Shown here in pieces: positions 26,979 to 40,399 of a stretch of 64,000 nucleotides of DNA. Position numbers and translations under genes: made by a program. Every line of letters begins with the position of its first letter. Position 1 is the stretch's first letter. Origin of the DNA: Octopus sinensis (lineage: Eukaryota). The stretch spans positions 43,338,001 to 43,402,000 of the forward strand of contig NC_043004.1 of assembly GCF_006345805.1 (NCBI RefSeq). The letters run 5' to 3'. A model generated the notes under the pieces. The model was not told where the DNA came from. It did no database searches and was given only the letters and a program-made list of their open reading frames with translations.

Positions 26979-29385
26979 CAGCGATGCTTAATAATTTTCA
27001 CGAGCTCCAAATTTCAATGTCACTTTAGTTATTTGCTTTCTCAATGCATATCCAGCTTCAGAAAAAGTATTGAAATATGTAGTATACAATTCAGTTCATT
27101 TCATCTAATATTGTTTACCACAAATGAAATGCTATTTTCAATTTTCCTGAATGTTCATTTCATTGAAGTTTGGCAATTTTAATATAATTCAAACTTCAGT
27201 TAAATGAGCTTACAGTTTGATCATTCTTTATTTCTGAATTGTTTGTTCAACATAAGTAAAATATATATTATCTATGTTTTAAATGATATGTATTTGGAAA
27301 CCCGGGTTGTATTGGAAATATAAATATCTATGTTTCTTACGAATATATTATACCACGTATATTTTCAACGTAACGTTATATCGCAATGACATTATGTGCT
27401 CATACGGATATACATAAACACGAATACATGCATTAACATTCGCACATATATACAACTCCACTCATATATGAAACGCATTTGAGCTAAGAAAAATATTATA
27501 TTGAAGACTGTGGCTTAATTATATTTAACTTCGGTCGCATATTACAAATTTTAATGTAGTTAATATGTCTGCCAAACCGATACAGTGCATTCTGTATTTA
27601 CAATACAATATCAATAAGTGAACTTTCTTCCTATATGGAATGATATCTTTTAAATATAAATGATGCCAACACTACCTCAACGGAATTAAATGTAAACTTG
27701 TCAACTTCACAAATTAGTTTGTGAGTAATCTACATTTTAATGGCGATATCACACGATCAATAACGACATGGAAAATATTCATATAATTTACTTGTATTCA
27801 CGATGTATTTATCGCCTGTAGTGAAAAATATTACACACTCCAAGTGAAGATTGTGTACAGCCGTACATTATATTCAGTTACGCTCTATATAATCACTATA
27901 TCTCACAAATAACTAACCATTTATTTTTTATAATTTGCATTCATAAAAAAGCCAATTTAGTGAAAACTATGTTTAGTCACATACAAGCAGTACAATGCAC
28001 TAGATAGACTCAAGCTGCCAGCACCATTTTTTATAAAGATTTCAGCGAATATAGAGGTAGCTTTGTAAGATTGACTGATAAAAAAAAATTCAATCCAGAA
28101 ATCAACACGAATATAAAGCAACACAAAATAAATCTTTAAATCCGCTGGGATTCAAAATGTACTTAATATAGTGATAACAATTCTATCTAGTGATACTAAT
28201 CACCAATTCTTTGGCAAACAAATATGCAACAGAGTATTATAACAGCTCTTCGTTCAGAAGATGAATTTGTAAATTTCTTTAAATATCAACAAACTAAATG
28301 ATTTCGAAATGTTCTTTTGAAGCCACATAACACTAGTTCTTTTCAAGATTTTATTGACAACACAGAATCCGATACACATAAACATATATATGCGCGCACG
28401 TATTCGTGTGTGTGCATGCGTGTGTGACTATGCACGCAGGCGTTAAAATGGAAAACATAATGCTGTTAGGTGTTTTTAATAGTAGCATTGAATTATTTCA
28501 TAAAACTGAGTAATTGACAGTGTATTTTTTATAGAAGGGCAAAACATATGAGATAAACTACAAAGGATGAGATTTTTCTTCTTCCTACGGCTCTGCGCAA
28601 TGTGGAAGCAGTTGTAATATGATTTCCGGTGGCCATCTGTCTTTTTGTATATTAGGCAACATACTTTCAAAATGTCTTTTCATTCCCATCGCTTCTCAAC
28701 CTAAACGCTTTCATTCGCAATTTTTATATATCTTAATATTTCGCTTAGGCATTACGAGATTAATAGCGTGGTGTAGAACCCAAAATACATATGCTTCAGA
28801 AAGAAGCGACAGTCGAGTACAAAGCATGAATAAGAAAATGAAATGACGAAGGAAAAATAATTTTCTTATGAACTTAGTAAGCTTACAGCAGTTTCTGCTA
28901 TTGGATGCAGTGCACTCATAATTGTGTGACTGAGTAATATCTTGTAGCTTCGTCGGAGTCTCGAATATGTAGTGAAATTTACTTTTTAATGAATGAATTT
29001 AATCTTTAATAAATACATTTATTAGAAGATAAATTGCACTTCATACTTGTGATTCCGACGACGTTATAATTAACACCTTATTGGTTTATTTACAGGGACA
29101 CTTAATAACTTTTATATAGCAATAACTGATGTAAGCTAATGGAGATGATAAGATAATTGTTTATTCCTTTGTCATCGCATTTTCTTATGAATATCGATGG
29201 CGACAATCCATCGATTACGACGACGAGTGTTGCAGTGATCCGATCAAAGCAAAAGCCAGCTCGTAAAATGAAAGTGCACTCCACAGACACATGTACCCTT
29301 AACGCAGTTCTCAGGGAAATTCATCACCACATAGAGTGTGACAAGGCTGCCTTTTTGAGATACATATATTACTCATTTTTTGCCA

Positions 29386-29512
29386 ACTGAGTGAACTGGA
29401 GCAACGTGAAATAAAGATTCTCGCTCAAGGAAACAAAGCGTGGCCGGTAACTGAGATTACCACCTCTCACGATCTTGAACCGAATAACCTTATCCCTAAT
29501 CTACGCGCCTTC
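29386..29512 (-). mobile_element. SINE family D, 5' fragment
   Basis: Reverse complement of the 44691 family (CTTGAGC..CTTTATTTCACGTTGCTCCAGTTCACTCAG). Confidence 0.6.
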
Positions 29513-29540
29513 CCTTAATTATATATACATAATTATATAT

Positions 29541-29616
<76 letters not shown>

Positions 29617-29749
29617 AGATATAATAGATTATACAATAGATATAATCTTGTTGTCCTGATGTGTACCAACTATAGGCACGTGTAGCTACATGCTTATATA
29701 AGTCTCCCAATTACAACGAAAAATTAGAAGACCATAATAATAATAATAA

Positions 29750-31083
29750 TAACAGAGCTCAATGCTAGAAACAATGTAATAGGTATAAACACTTTAGCTG
29801 TCCCAGTTATAATTTACAGCTACAATATCCTTAACTGGACACTAAATGAACTAACAAAATAGACTGGAAAATAAGAAAATTGATGATAGGATCTAGGATG
29901 CACCACCGTAAATCTGACATAGAAAGGCTATATATACAACATATAGAAAGTGGTAGAGGCCTTATACAGCTGGAGACCTATTATAAAATAACCACTATAA
30001 AACTGCAAAAATATCTACTTCAGAAGCAAGGAAAAGTGATACAAATAGCGGCTTGTCTCTGTCTCTCTTGTGTACTTTTGTTGGTTCGATGTTGTTGTGA
30101 ATTCTTGGCAGAGAGAAGAAGAAGAAGAAGAAGAAGAAGAAGAAGAAGAAGAAGAAGAGAAGAAGAAGAAAAGAAGAAGAAGAAGAAGAAGAAGAAGAAG
30201 AAGAAGAAGAAGAAGAAGAAGAAGAAGAAGAAGAAGAAGAAGAAGAAGAAGAAGAAACAAAAGCTATAAAACAAATGAAATCGAAATTAAAACTAGAACA
30301 GCCACGGACCATGATAAAACGATGGCAAGAAAAGCCCCTTTATGGCAAATACCGGACTAAACTAAATGCAAAAGAAATAGACAGAGAAAAAGCCCAGCAA
30401 TGGTTGAAAGCTCAGGACCCAAAGCAGAGACAGAGGGATTTTTAATTGCACCACAAGACCAAAACCTCCCCACCAGAAATTACCAAAAACATATAATGAA
30501 ACGAAACATAACAAGTAAGTGCAGAATATGTGGAAATGGACAAGAAACAATAAATCATATTATCTCTGGCTGCCCAGTCCTTGCTAAGAAGGAATATATT
30601 CACAGACATGACAGGTTTGGGACCTACATACACTGGAATCTATGCCAACACTATGGAATAACAACAGAAAAAAGATGGTATAGGCACACACAAGAAAAGA
30701 TCATAGAAAACGAGAAAGCAGCCATACTCTGGGATATGCCAATACACAGAGATAGAGAAATTAAGACCAATAGGCCAGATATAGTTATCAGAGATCATGA
30801 AGGAAAACAATGCTTTCTAATTGATATATCAATACCAGTAGGTCACAATGTGCCTCTAAAAGAAATGGAGGAAATTTCAAGATACAAAAACCTGAAAATA
30901 GAGGTAACTCGGATGTGGAATCTAAAATCAGAAACAATTTCTATCACAGTTAGGTATGATAAAAAGTATTCAGACAAATAAATAACAAAATACTAGGACT
31001 TACACATATATATAACATACTGAAAAGTGCACTACTGTGCTCTGCACACATCCTACGCAAATCACTTTCAATACAGTAACCAT
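29750..31083 (+). mobile_element. 5'-truncated R4/Dong-like non-LTR retrotransposon (RT C-terminus, CCHC, restriction-like endonuclease), frameshifted
   Basis: INTLAVPVIIYSYNILNWT, MHHRKSDIERLY..GRGL, KRWQEKPLYGKY, KAETEGFLIAPQDQ, CRICGNGQETINHIISGC, RHD, ILWD..NRPDIV..LIDISIP. It starts right after (TAA)n. Confidence 0.9.
30051..30256 (+). mobile_element. Short retroposon 3' end with (GAA)n tail, inserted in the R4-like LINE
   Basis: TGTCTCTGTCTC..TTGTGTACT..GGTTCGA..GTGAATTCTTGGCAGAGA(GAA)n. A second copy is at 39628-39796. Confidence 0.7.
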
Positions 31084-31964
31084 CAGCTAAGATTCGATTT
31101 CACCCGGTTTCGATGATGTGGCTGTGATTGTTTTCGGTTAGGCATAATCCATAACAGTGATTCTCGACATTATCATTTCGGGTCCCGTATTTCGATCGGA
31201 GCCTCCAGCGGTATGAAAATTTCCTGAACGCTCCCCTGTCAGAAAACAGCTTCGGGAGTTGCGAATTTTACGTAGTCTGTTTAGGACAGCTATTGTATTG
31301 TACCTATGTGTAATCATTTAAACATTGATTTAATTATGAACATAGAAAGAAATTACACATTAATCCCTATTTTTGTAAGCATTTGTATCCGGACAGCTTT
31401 TATGTGTGTAGAGAGCAGAAATTGGATGAAGATATATGAAATGGACATGTGGGAGGGGGCGCATACGTCGTATGTGTTTGATCATCGTATAAAATTTTTA
31501 CGATAGTTGATATATGGAAAAGATAATGTTAAATTTTTAAGATGCAAATATGTGAATGAAAATTTAGTTTGGACATCTACATGGTAGAAATAGCAGCCAA
31601 CTCTCCCTACTGTTTTAATCCGACAATTCTGCATATTATGTAGTTTTAATGAGAAACTGTATCTAAAGATTAAGATTATTAACCCCCAAAAAAGGTGAAA
31701 GAAGAAAGACAGCATTGCGAAAGTTTTGGCTGATTGTTATCCTGTGCTCCCCTTGTTGCTAGCGAAATGGCATATGCCGGCCATGGGAGTTACTGGTTGT
31801 TTTAATGGCGGAACACGGGAATTCCATTAGAAAAGTGAGGAGTAGGAAAAAATACAAACCAATCTATGCACCCGTCTCCACGTGTGTGCCGTTTTTTACG
31901 CCGTGTAGCTGTAAACCTCAAGACAAGAAAGAATACAACGATCGCCCACGTCCAATTTATATGT

Positions 31965-31992
<28 letters not shown>

Positions 31993-31997
<5 letters not shown>

Positions 31998-34399
31998 ATG
32001 GTGGGCGGTGGGTTTGTGTTGTGTAATTTTGCGTTGGTGAGGAGGTTTTTTAGGGATTTAGGTTGTCTCTTACTTTTTATTATTTTATGAGCTGCCAGTA
32101 TTTTTTTCAGGCGTGGGTCTTGATTTAGTTGTGGAATGTTGTTGTATATAATAGTGTAAGCTTCTGCATTCCTTGGGTGTGTGTTGAGAGATAGGGGAGG
32201 CTATTTACTGTACTGTGGATGTGTTTGGGTTTTCGTAGGTCTTGAATGTTGATTGATTTGGCCCGTTCTATTCCGTTGTCTACTAGTGATGCCGGGTAAT
32301 GTCTTTCGAGAAGAATTGCCCTTAGTTCCCGGAGTCTTCTATTTCGTGTTGTGTCATTTGAGACAATAGTGCAGATTATTCTCGCTAGGTTGAAGGGGAT
32401 ATTTGTATTTGTGTGTTTTGGGTGATTGGAGGTGAATAGAAGGTATTGTTTAGAGTCAGTGGGTTTGTAATGGATGTCAGTTTCAATGTTGACGCCTTTT
32501 TTAATGATTAGGATATCAAGAAAAGGGAGTTGGTCCTGACTATATTCCATTGTGAATTGAATGTTGTTATTAACACTGTTGATAAGGTTTTTGAAGTCTT
32601 TAAGTTGGTCGAGTGTGTGGGACCATAGGATGAGGCAATCATCTAAGTAGCGTTTCCAGTTCTCCAACAGGTATTTGTGGAAAGACTGGCCGTACTTATA
32701 TTTGGATTTTTCATAGATATGTGATTCCAGGTAGGCCATCACCAGGTTTGCATAGGTAGGTGCAACTTTCGTACCCATTGCAGTTCCTGAGACCTGTCTG
32801 TAAGTGTTGTTGTGGAAATACATGAAGTTGTTTTGCAGAATAAATTTGAGGCCCTCAATTATGAATTCTTTTTTAATTCTTTCCGGGATCTCATTGGGAT
32901 ATTTATCCAGCCAGAATTTAATGGCTTCCAGTCCATATTCATGTGGGATTGTGGTGTAAAGATTAATAACATCAAAAGAAACGTTTAAGGTGTCTTTATC
33001 GGCATGTTTGGGGAGATGATTTAATAGGTCCAGGTCATCTCTTACAATACTTGGAATGTGTTTCAGTATTGGCTTTAAGATGATATCTATAAAGTGCTAA
33101 GTCTGTGTGTTTCACAACTTGGGCCTGCCACTATTGGTCTCAGTTTGAGATCAGTGGGATGTGGTATAGTGATGCAGGTTGAAGTGGACTTTTTGCAAGC
33201 TTCTGTGATAATTTGACTCTTGTGTATTTTTGGAAGCCCATAGAGTGTGCTGGTTTTGCAATTAAATTTAGTAATGTAGTCGCATTCCTTTGCTGTCAAG
33301 TCATTCCGGTGTTGGTAAATGAGTGCCCTCAGTTTGGTCATTGTTTTGGATTGCTGGTAGTCGACTACTCTCTCATAGTATGTGGTATCCTCTAAAAGGA
33401 AGATACAGAGTTTTTATATTGCTCAGTATTCATAACAACGACCGTACTACCCTTATCAGCTTCCTTTATTGTGACGTTATGATTGTCTCGTAGCGTATGG
33501 ATGATTTCCCATTCTCTTTTACTGGTGTTGGGTTTGAGTTTAGGTTGTGGGAGTTCACCATAAGGGAAGTTTGAGATGTAATCGCAAAATTTGTCTAAGG
33601 TTTTGTTTTTGCCTTTTATGGGATTATAGTTGCTTTAGTTACGGACCATTGATTCGTCGTTATTATTAGTTTTCCTGTCAAAAAATTCCTCTGTGAGGCG
33701 TAATTTTCTGCAAAAGTGTGAGATGTCATCCTGTATTTCCCTCAGGTTAGGGTATTGCGGAGTTGGGGTGAATTTTAGTCCTCTTGAAAGGATTTTTATT
33801 TGTGGTGTCGACAGGTTTAGGTTAGAGAGATTCACTATTTTTGGTTTTTCGGGGTTGGTATCTCCCATCTGGTGTCGTGGAAACTGATGCCCTTGCCTAA
33901 AAAAGGAATCCTGGGGGTTCTTCTATCTGCGGTATTTTGCTGTATGTGATTCTGTCCCCCGTTGATATGTTGTCTGTTGAAGAGGTTTTGGTTGTTGTGA
34001 TTCTGTCCCCCGTTGATATGTTGTCTGTTGAAGAGGTTTTGGTTGTTCCAGGGTCTGGGTTGTTGGTGTGCCTCCTGGAAGAGTTTTGGTTATTCCAGGT
34101 CTGGGTTTGTTGTCCTGGGTGTAATGTTGGTTCCTTAGAGTGGGTTGGAAATTACATTCATGGTTTAGAAGTGAATTCCTATATGTTGGGGGAGAACTCT
34201 GAGTTAGGAGCGGTTTGGGTTGGAATCTACAATCATAGTTCAGAGATGGGTTTCTAAGTGATGGGTAGGATCTCCGAATCTGGAACGGTTCTTGTGTGGG
34301 TTGGGGTCTACGTTGTCTGGTAAAGTTTTGTCTTGTGATGATGGGTGTCTCGGTTCTTTTGATGGGATTGTAGTGCTGTCTGTAAGTTCTGTTGTTGTT
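31993..34399 (-). mobile_element. PLE, minus-strand arm: N-terminal region + RT, truncated just before the endonuclease at (TA)n
   Basis: IVNLSNLNLS..LSRGLKFTPTP, IKEADKGSTVV, TLYGLPKIHK, LRPIVAGPSC, SFDVINLYTTIPH, YRQVSGTAMGTKVAPTYANL, YLDD, LPFLDI. One TAA and several 1-nt frameshifts. Confidence 0.95.
33946..34047. repeat. Perfect 51-bp tandem duplication in the PLE 5' region
   Basis: GTGATTCTGTCCCCCGTTGATATGTTGTCTGTTGAAGAGGTTTTGGTTGTT x2. Confidence 0.95.
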
Positions 34400-35705
34400 C
34401 CTGTTGGAGAACTGGAAACGCTACTTAGATGATTGCCTCATCTTATGGTCCCACACACTCGACCAACTTAAAGACTTCAAAAACCTTATCAACACTTACA
34501 GACAGGTCTCAGGAACTGCAATGGGTACGAAAGTTGCACCTACCTATGCAAACCTGGTGATGGCCTACCTGGAATCTCATATCTATGAAAAATCCAAATA
34601 TAAGTACGGCCAGTCTTTCCACAAATACCTGTTGGAGAACTGGAAACGCTACTTAGATGATTGCCTCATCCTATGGTCCCACACACTCGACCAACTTAAA
34701 GACTTCAAAAACCTTATCAACAGTGTTAATAACAACATTCAATTCACAATGGAATATAGTCAAGACCAACTCCCTTTTCTTGACATCCTAATCATTAAAA
34801 AAGGCGTCAACATTGAAACTGACATCCATTACAAACCCACTGACTCTAAACAATACCTTCTATTCACCTCCAATCACCCAAAACACACAAAGACAAATAT
34901 CCCCTTCAACCTAGCGAGAAGAATCTGCACTATTGTCTCAAATGACACAACACGAAATAGAAGACTCCGGGAACTAAGGGCAATTCTTCTCGAAAGACAT
35001 TACCCGGCATCACTAGTAGACAACGGAATAGAACGGGCCAAATCAATCAACATTCAAGACCTACGAAAACACAAACACATCCACAGTACAGTAAATAGCC
35101 TCCACTATCTCTCAACACACAACCCAAGGAATGCAGAAGCTTACACTATTATATACAACAACATTCCACAACTAAATCAAGACCCACGCCTGAAAAAAAT
35201 ACTGGCAGCTCATAAAATAATAAAAAGTAAGAGACAACCTAAATCCCTAAAAAACCTCCTCACCAACGCAAAATTACACAACACAAACCCACCGCCCACC
35301 ATCAAAAAATGTGGTCGCCCCAATTGCAAGACCTGCATCCACCTCATTGAGGGATCGTCGTACAAGTTCCACTCGGGACACACATTCATCATAAAAAATA
35401 ATTTCACGTGCGCATCAAAAAATTTACTCTACGTCATAAGGTGTGAAGGATGTCACGAAGACTACATAGGGCAAACGAGCCTTACCCTCAGAGAAAGAAT
35501 GACAGTTCACCGACAACAACTGAGGGACCCCTCCACAAGACAGATACCACTAAGTGGACACTTAAACCTTTGTGCACACAATAAGTCCCCCAAATTCTTA
35601 GTCTTCCCCCTATACCAATGCTCGGACAACACCACAGATCAAACACGAATAAATAAGTAAAGTAATCTTATTCAAAAATACAGACCACAACTAAACATAC
35701 TCTAA
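34400..35705 (+). pseudogene. PLE plus-strand arm: 5'-truncated RT (motifs B-E, thumb) + GIY-YIG endonuclease; one premature TAA at 35658
   Basis: ORF 34392-35660 contains YLDD twice, CGRPNCKTC and FTCASKNLLYVIRCEGCHEDYIGQT..H..H. Read-through gives SNLIQKYRPQLNIL* ending at 35705. Confidence 0.95.
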
Positions 35706-35869
35706 CATACCCCCTGGGAACACATCCAGAGCAAGCACACAGGGGCACGCGCACACTCACAGCATATCGTGCGGGCGGGCACATGCACGCATCGGCACGC
35801 ATAGGACACACTAGCGGGCATTGACCGCACACATACGAGGCACGCACACGCATGCATTATATATATGTA

Positions 35870-36130
35870 GGTTATGTATGTGTGTGAGTGTTGTGTGTGT
35901 GTGTGTGAGTGTGCACGTTGTGTGTGTGTGTGTGCGCGTGTGTATATGTATGTGTGTGTGTATGTGTGCACTGTGTGCGTGTGTGTATGTGTGTGTGTGT
36001 GCGCGCGTTGTGTGTGTGTGTGCACGTGTGTATATATGTGTGTGTGTGTGCACTGTGTGCGTGTGTGTGTGTATGTGTGTGTGTGTGAGCATTGTGTACG
36101 TGTGTATGTATTTACATGTGTATTTGTTTT

Positions 36131-36164
<34 letters not shown>

Positions 36165-36365
36165 CTGTGTGTGTATATGCATGGTATGTGTGTATATGTG
36201 AGTACATTGTTTGTGTGTGTGTGCGGTATGTAGAGATATATTTGAGTGTGTACACTATAGGTTTGTATTTTGTGTGTGTGGGTGTGTGTGTGAATTTTAT
36301 ATATATATATGTGTGTATGTGTGTGAAAAAATATATGTATGTGCATGTACGTATGTATGTATATG

Positions 36366-36396
<31 letters not shown>

Positions 36397-37140
36397 GTGT
36401 GTGTGTGTATATATATTTTCATGTATATGTGTGTATAAACATGTGCATTATTTGCATGCGCATTGTGTATATGTATATTGTATGTATGTGTATTGTATAT
36501 GTATGTGTACAATTAAGTGTATATATGTGTGTATTTGTGCATTGTATATATGTATATTGTAAGTGTGCTATATATACATGAATACATGTATATACGTTGC
36601 GTGTATATATATGTATGCATGGTGTATGTATGTATGTGTGTGTGGGTCTATATATATTATATGTATGCGTACGTGTATGTGTATGCATTGTATGTATGTA
36701 TATTGTGTGTATATGTGGTATATCTATGTATGTGTATGTAAACACTATTTATATGTATATATGTATATATGTATATGCATTGTCTATATATATATATATT
36801 ATGTATGTATTGCGTATGTATATTGCATGCATATATTGTGTATGTGTATTATATACATGCTGTGTATGTGTATTGTATGTGTATATATATGCTAGGTGTA
36901 TTTGTGTGATATTTATATTATGTATATATGTGTGCGTGTGTTGTGTGTGTGTGTGTGTGTTGTGTGTGTATGTATTAAATACATGTTATATTTGTGTGCT
37001 GTGTGTATATATTATATATGTGGGTGCGTTGTGTGTGTGTGTGTTCTGTATGTGTGTGTTGTGTGTGTGGGTGTGTGTGTGTGTGTATACTATGGGTGTG
37101 TGGTATTGTTGTTGTGTGTGTGTGTATATATGTGTGTGAC
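35870..37140. repeat. Long degenerate (GT)n/(AT)n array, probably within the PLE 3' UTR
   Basis: Visible. It lies between the PLE stop codon and the terminal hammerhead-like motif. Confidence 0.85.
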
Positions 37141-37651
37141 AAACAGACGCTGTCTGACCAGCAGGCACACGGACACATCTATTCACACCCGCATACTCAC
37201 TCCCAATAACCCCAAAATCACTGATGCTTGAAGGGGAAGTATAACCAAATGGGTACATATCTTTTTTTCTCTCAATTCAACTTTCTGCTAAAACAAACAG
37301 GTCAGTAAAAAACAAATTCTCGCCTTCGATTCAAAATATTCTGAGATGTCTAAAATATCCATTTTAATTTTCTCTGTCAATATTACAAGCTTTCTCACCA
37401 AACTATTACACTTCCTTATGTCTTTAAATGTCCTTTCTACCAAGACTGTAATATATATACATGTAATGTGACAATTTGCGACAACCAATAATTAACGCAA
37501 CCAAATTTCCATAATATATTTGTTTTATTCTTTTTGCTGCCAATTTTTCCAAATATTCTCATCACACTATTGAACTTTTTTATACTATATTTATACATGT
37601 AATGTGACAATTATGTATAAATAAACATTTTTGAATTCATAATATTCAATG

Positions 37652-37696
37652 TTACTTTTGACAATCTTTTACCAAAGTGTGAAACCGGTTAAGTAA
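37652..37696 (+). ncRNA. Degenerate short-stem-III hammerhead-like motif at PLE 3' end
   Basis: Stem I TTACTT/AAGTAA (perfect), core TTGACAA, stem II CTTT-TACC-AAAG, then TGTGAAACCGGTT. The upstream flank ATAATATTCAATGTTA resembles AATAATTTCAATGTTA before the 2501 motif. Confidence 0.5.
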
Positions 37697-37748
37697 ATAA
37701 ACATCGTTTAAATTGCATTTTCAAACCCTTTTTTCATATATATAATAT

Positions 37749-37796
<48 letters not shown>

Positions 37797-37852
37797 ATAT
37801 ATACGCACACACAAACAACACACACATATTTCCCTCCTTGTTTTTTGTGTCC

Positions 37853-37888
37853 CTTTCTGTAGAAGAGGGTAGGCTCGAAACGTAAAAG
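37853..37888 (+). ncRNA. Minimal hammerhead variant in a short PLE-terminus fragment (about 37830-37977) flanked by microsatellites
   Basis: CTTT-CTGTAGA-A-GAG(G)GTAG(G)CTC-GAAACGTA-AAAG, with ACGT palindromic stem III. Confidence 0.55.
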
Positions 37889-37976
37889 TCTTTTTCTATT
37901 CCTGAGCGTTATACTAATAGATCTCTTTGTTTTGCACACCACCTGTCTTCGTCTTAGTGTTCTTCCTAAACTCTCC

Positions 37977-38022
<46 letters not shown>

Positions 38023-38026
<4 letters not shown>

Positions 38027-38548
38027 AATGAATTATCCTTTGTTTACAGTTAACACGGAAAATTCAATAAACATTTAACAGGGTAGCAAAATTAACGCAA
38101 GTAACAAGGATGCAGCTCCAGATTATGTTGCAGTAGTTTGTATATTATAAATAAATAAATGAAGTTGAACGCAGATGTTATTCAAATTGTTTTACTTTCC
38201 ACATATGTTTCGAAGACAACATTGGCTTTATTCCAGAAGAAAAAGGTGTAAAATATTATAATCTCTACTTATTATTTCTTTAACCCTACTCTTACTATGG
38301 TCTACCTTTTTGCGTCAGATCTACTAACGATTATTTTAAAAAACTTAATAGCTTTCTGTTTATCATTTATGCAGCCATCAAAAGTGTTATATTGTCTTGT
38401 TGCTGAGATGGGTTCTATTTCTTTCCTGATGAGAAGATTACATTATTTCACACCGTTTATTCCTTTGGAATAAAACCAAGGTTGTCTTCGAAACATATGT
38501 CGGAAGTAAAAAATTTAAATAACATGCGTTCGTCTCCATTTATTTACA
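38023..38548. mobile_element. Repeat with internal ~100-bp inverted repeats (MITE-like); second, internally deleted copy at 47063-47400
   Basis: About 38148-38255 is inverted at about 38449-38548. Both copies share the 5' segment GATGAATGAATTATCCTT. Confidence 0.7.
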
Positions 38549-39048
38549 TATATATATGGTAGCTTGCGCTCTTGCACACACTTATACTATACAACAGTCC
38601 AGATCTTATACACCAATGATTTTCAAATACATGATAAATAAGAAAACAATTATTCTAATTTGTATGTTGACTATATTCTGCGGTGTGTTACTTACAAACC
38701 ATCGGTGCCTATTTCAATAGTTTTCTTTTTAAACACATTAATTTATATGCTGAAGTTAGTTTTTAATTAGTGAATACGTCGTGTTTACAAAGGAGATGTA
38801 GAACAAAACGTATTTTCAACTAAAAGAGAAAATCTAGAAAAATGTATGCGAATTAGAGACACTTAATTTATTACAGCACCTGTTTTTAGACGGTAAGTTA
38901 ATTACATACAAATGATTTAACTCGTGTATATTTTATTGAAAACATATGTAGAACTAAATATGACATACACAACGGAACACAAACATTTATACATTTATGG
39001 ACGCCGATCACTTTATGTCTTTCTGTCTGTCTGTCTCTCTCTCTCTCA

Positions 39049-39187
<139 letters not shown>

Positions 39188-39399
39188 GGTTAAAATCATA
39201 AATGAGTTTTACCAAGCGGTGAGCGCGAAAATAAAACCTCGTAGGTGAATTAACATGAATATTTTATAATTATATACATAATTATAATAAGGGTATGGCT
39301 TGCGCCTCTGGGAGAATTTATGTTGGCAATAGTGTCTTTTGACATCTATTTTTCAGTGCGTGGTGAGGTGCGTGTTATAATTATGCATACAATGATATG

Positions 39400-39433
<34 letters not shown>

Positions 39434-39627
39434 TAAGGAAAAAAGTGAAGGTAGAAAATGCTAAAATAATTTTGACAGTAAAAAGGTTTTAGTACCGGTT
39501 TCAGTCATTGAAACATTTTCAAATATAAGTATGGAAAACAATTAAATTTGGGAAAAATCATATGAAAAGTTTCTTAAAAAGAATATTCGCATAGTATTCA
39601 AACACAAGGAGCATTTGCTTTGTTTCT

Positions 39628-39796
39628 GCCTGTCTCTGTCTCCCTTGTGTACTCTTGCTGGTTCGAGGTCACTGTGAATTCTTGGCAGAGAAGAAGAAGA
39701 AGAAGAAGAAGAAGAAGAAGAAGAAGAAGAAGAAGAAGAAGAAGAAGAAGAAGAAGAAGAAGAAGAAGAAGAAGAAGAAGAAGAAGAAGAAGAAGA
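39628..39796 (+). mobile_element. Short retroposon 3' end with (GAA)n tail
   Basis: Homologous to 30051-30256. Confidence 0.7.
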
Positions 39797-40399
39797 GCAA
39801 TAACAAGAAGCAAAGAATGCGTAAGTGGTATGATAGTAGTAGTATGTTAAATGGAAGAACTGGTTATCAAACTATGAAACCATCTTTCAAACAAAGTAAG
39901 CTTCCAAGAACCATTTCCTGAAAGTAAGAAAATCAAAACAACACCCAAAGACTGATTCACACCAATGTAAAAAACGGAACTATCGCCCCTGCAAAAAAAA
40001 AAGAATACAGGACCTAACCCTAACTTTGTAAGCCACCAGCGACACAACATCGAGAGTACCCCAACTTGAAGCAGAGAAAGGAAAAATCGTTACCCGCAGG
40101 ATAGACAATGCAACCTCCTCTCCGTAAGGAGTGACCAACGAAATTTTCGTTCCAACAATCTACTAAACTCCCATGCACAACAAACCTGTACCACATGCAA
40201 TAATTACCAACCACCGTCCCCTAAAACACCACATCCGAACATGAGATATCGGGACACACCTTTCAAACATCGTTCCAACAACCCACACTGTAAATGACTA
40301 CAGGGTACCTCACAACAAGGAACAACACTGCGCTTGATCTCCTCTCATTTTTTTATACATGGTGACTATCAGTATATCCTTGAAGGCTTGAAGTGTTTT

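Noticed and set aside
34392-35705. Selenocysteine-recoding PLE (as known for some Naiad elements)
   Set aside because: Conserved Cys positions are ordinary Cys codons, and the premature stops here and at 33635 are TAA, not TGA. The 61 kb endonuclease also shows no in-frame TGA at Cys sites.
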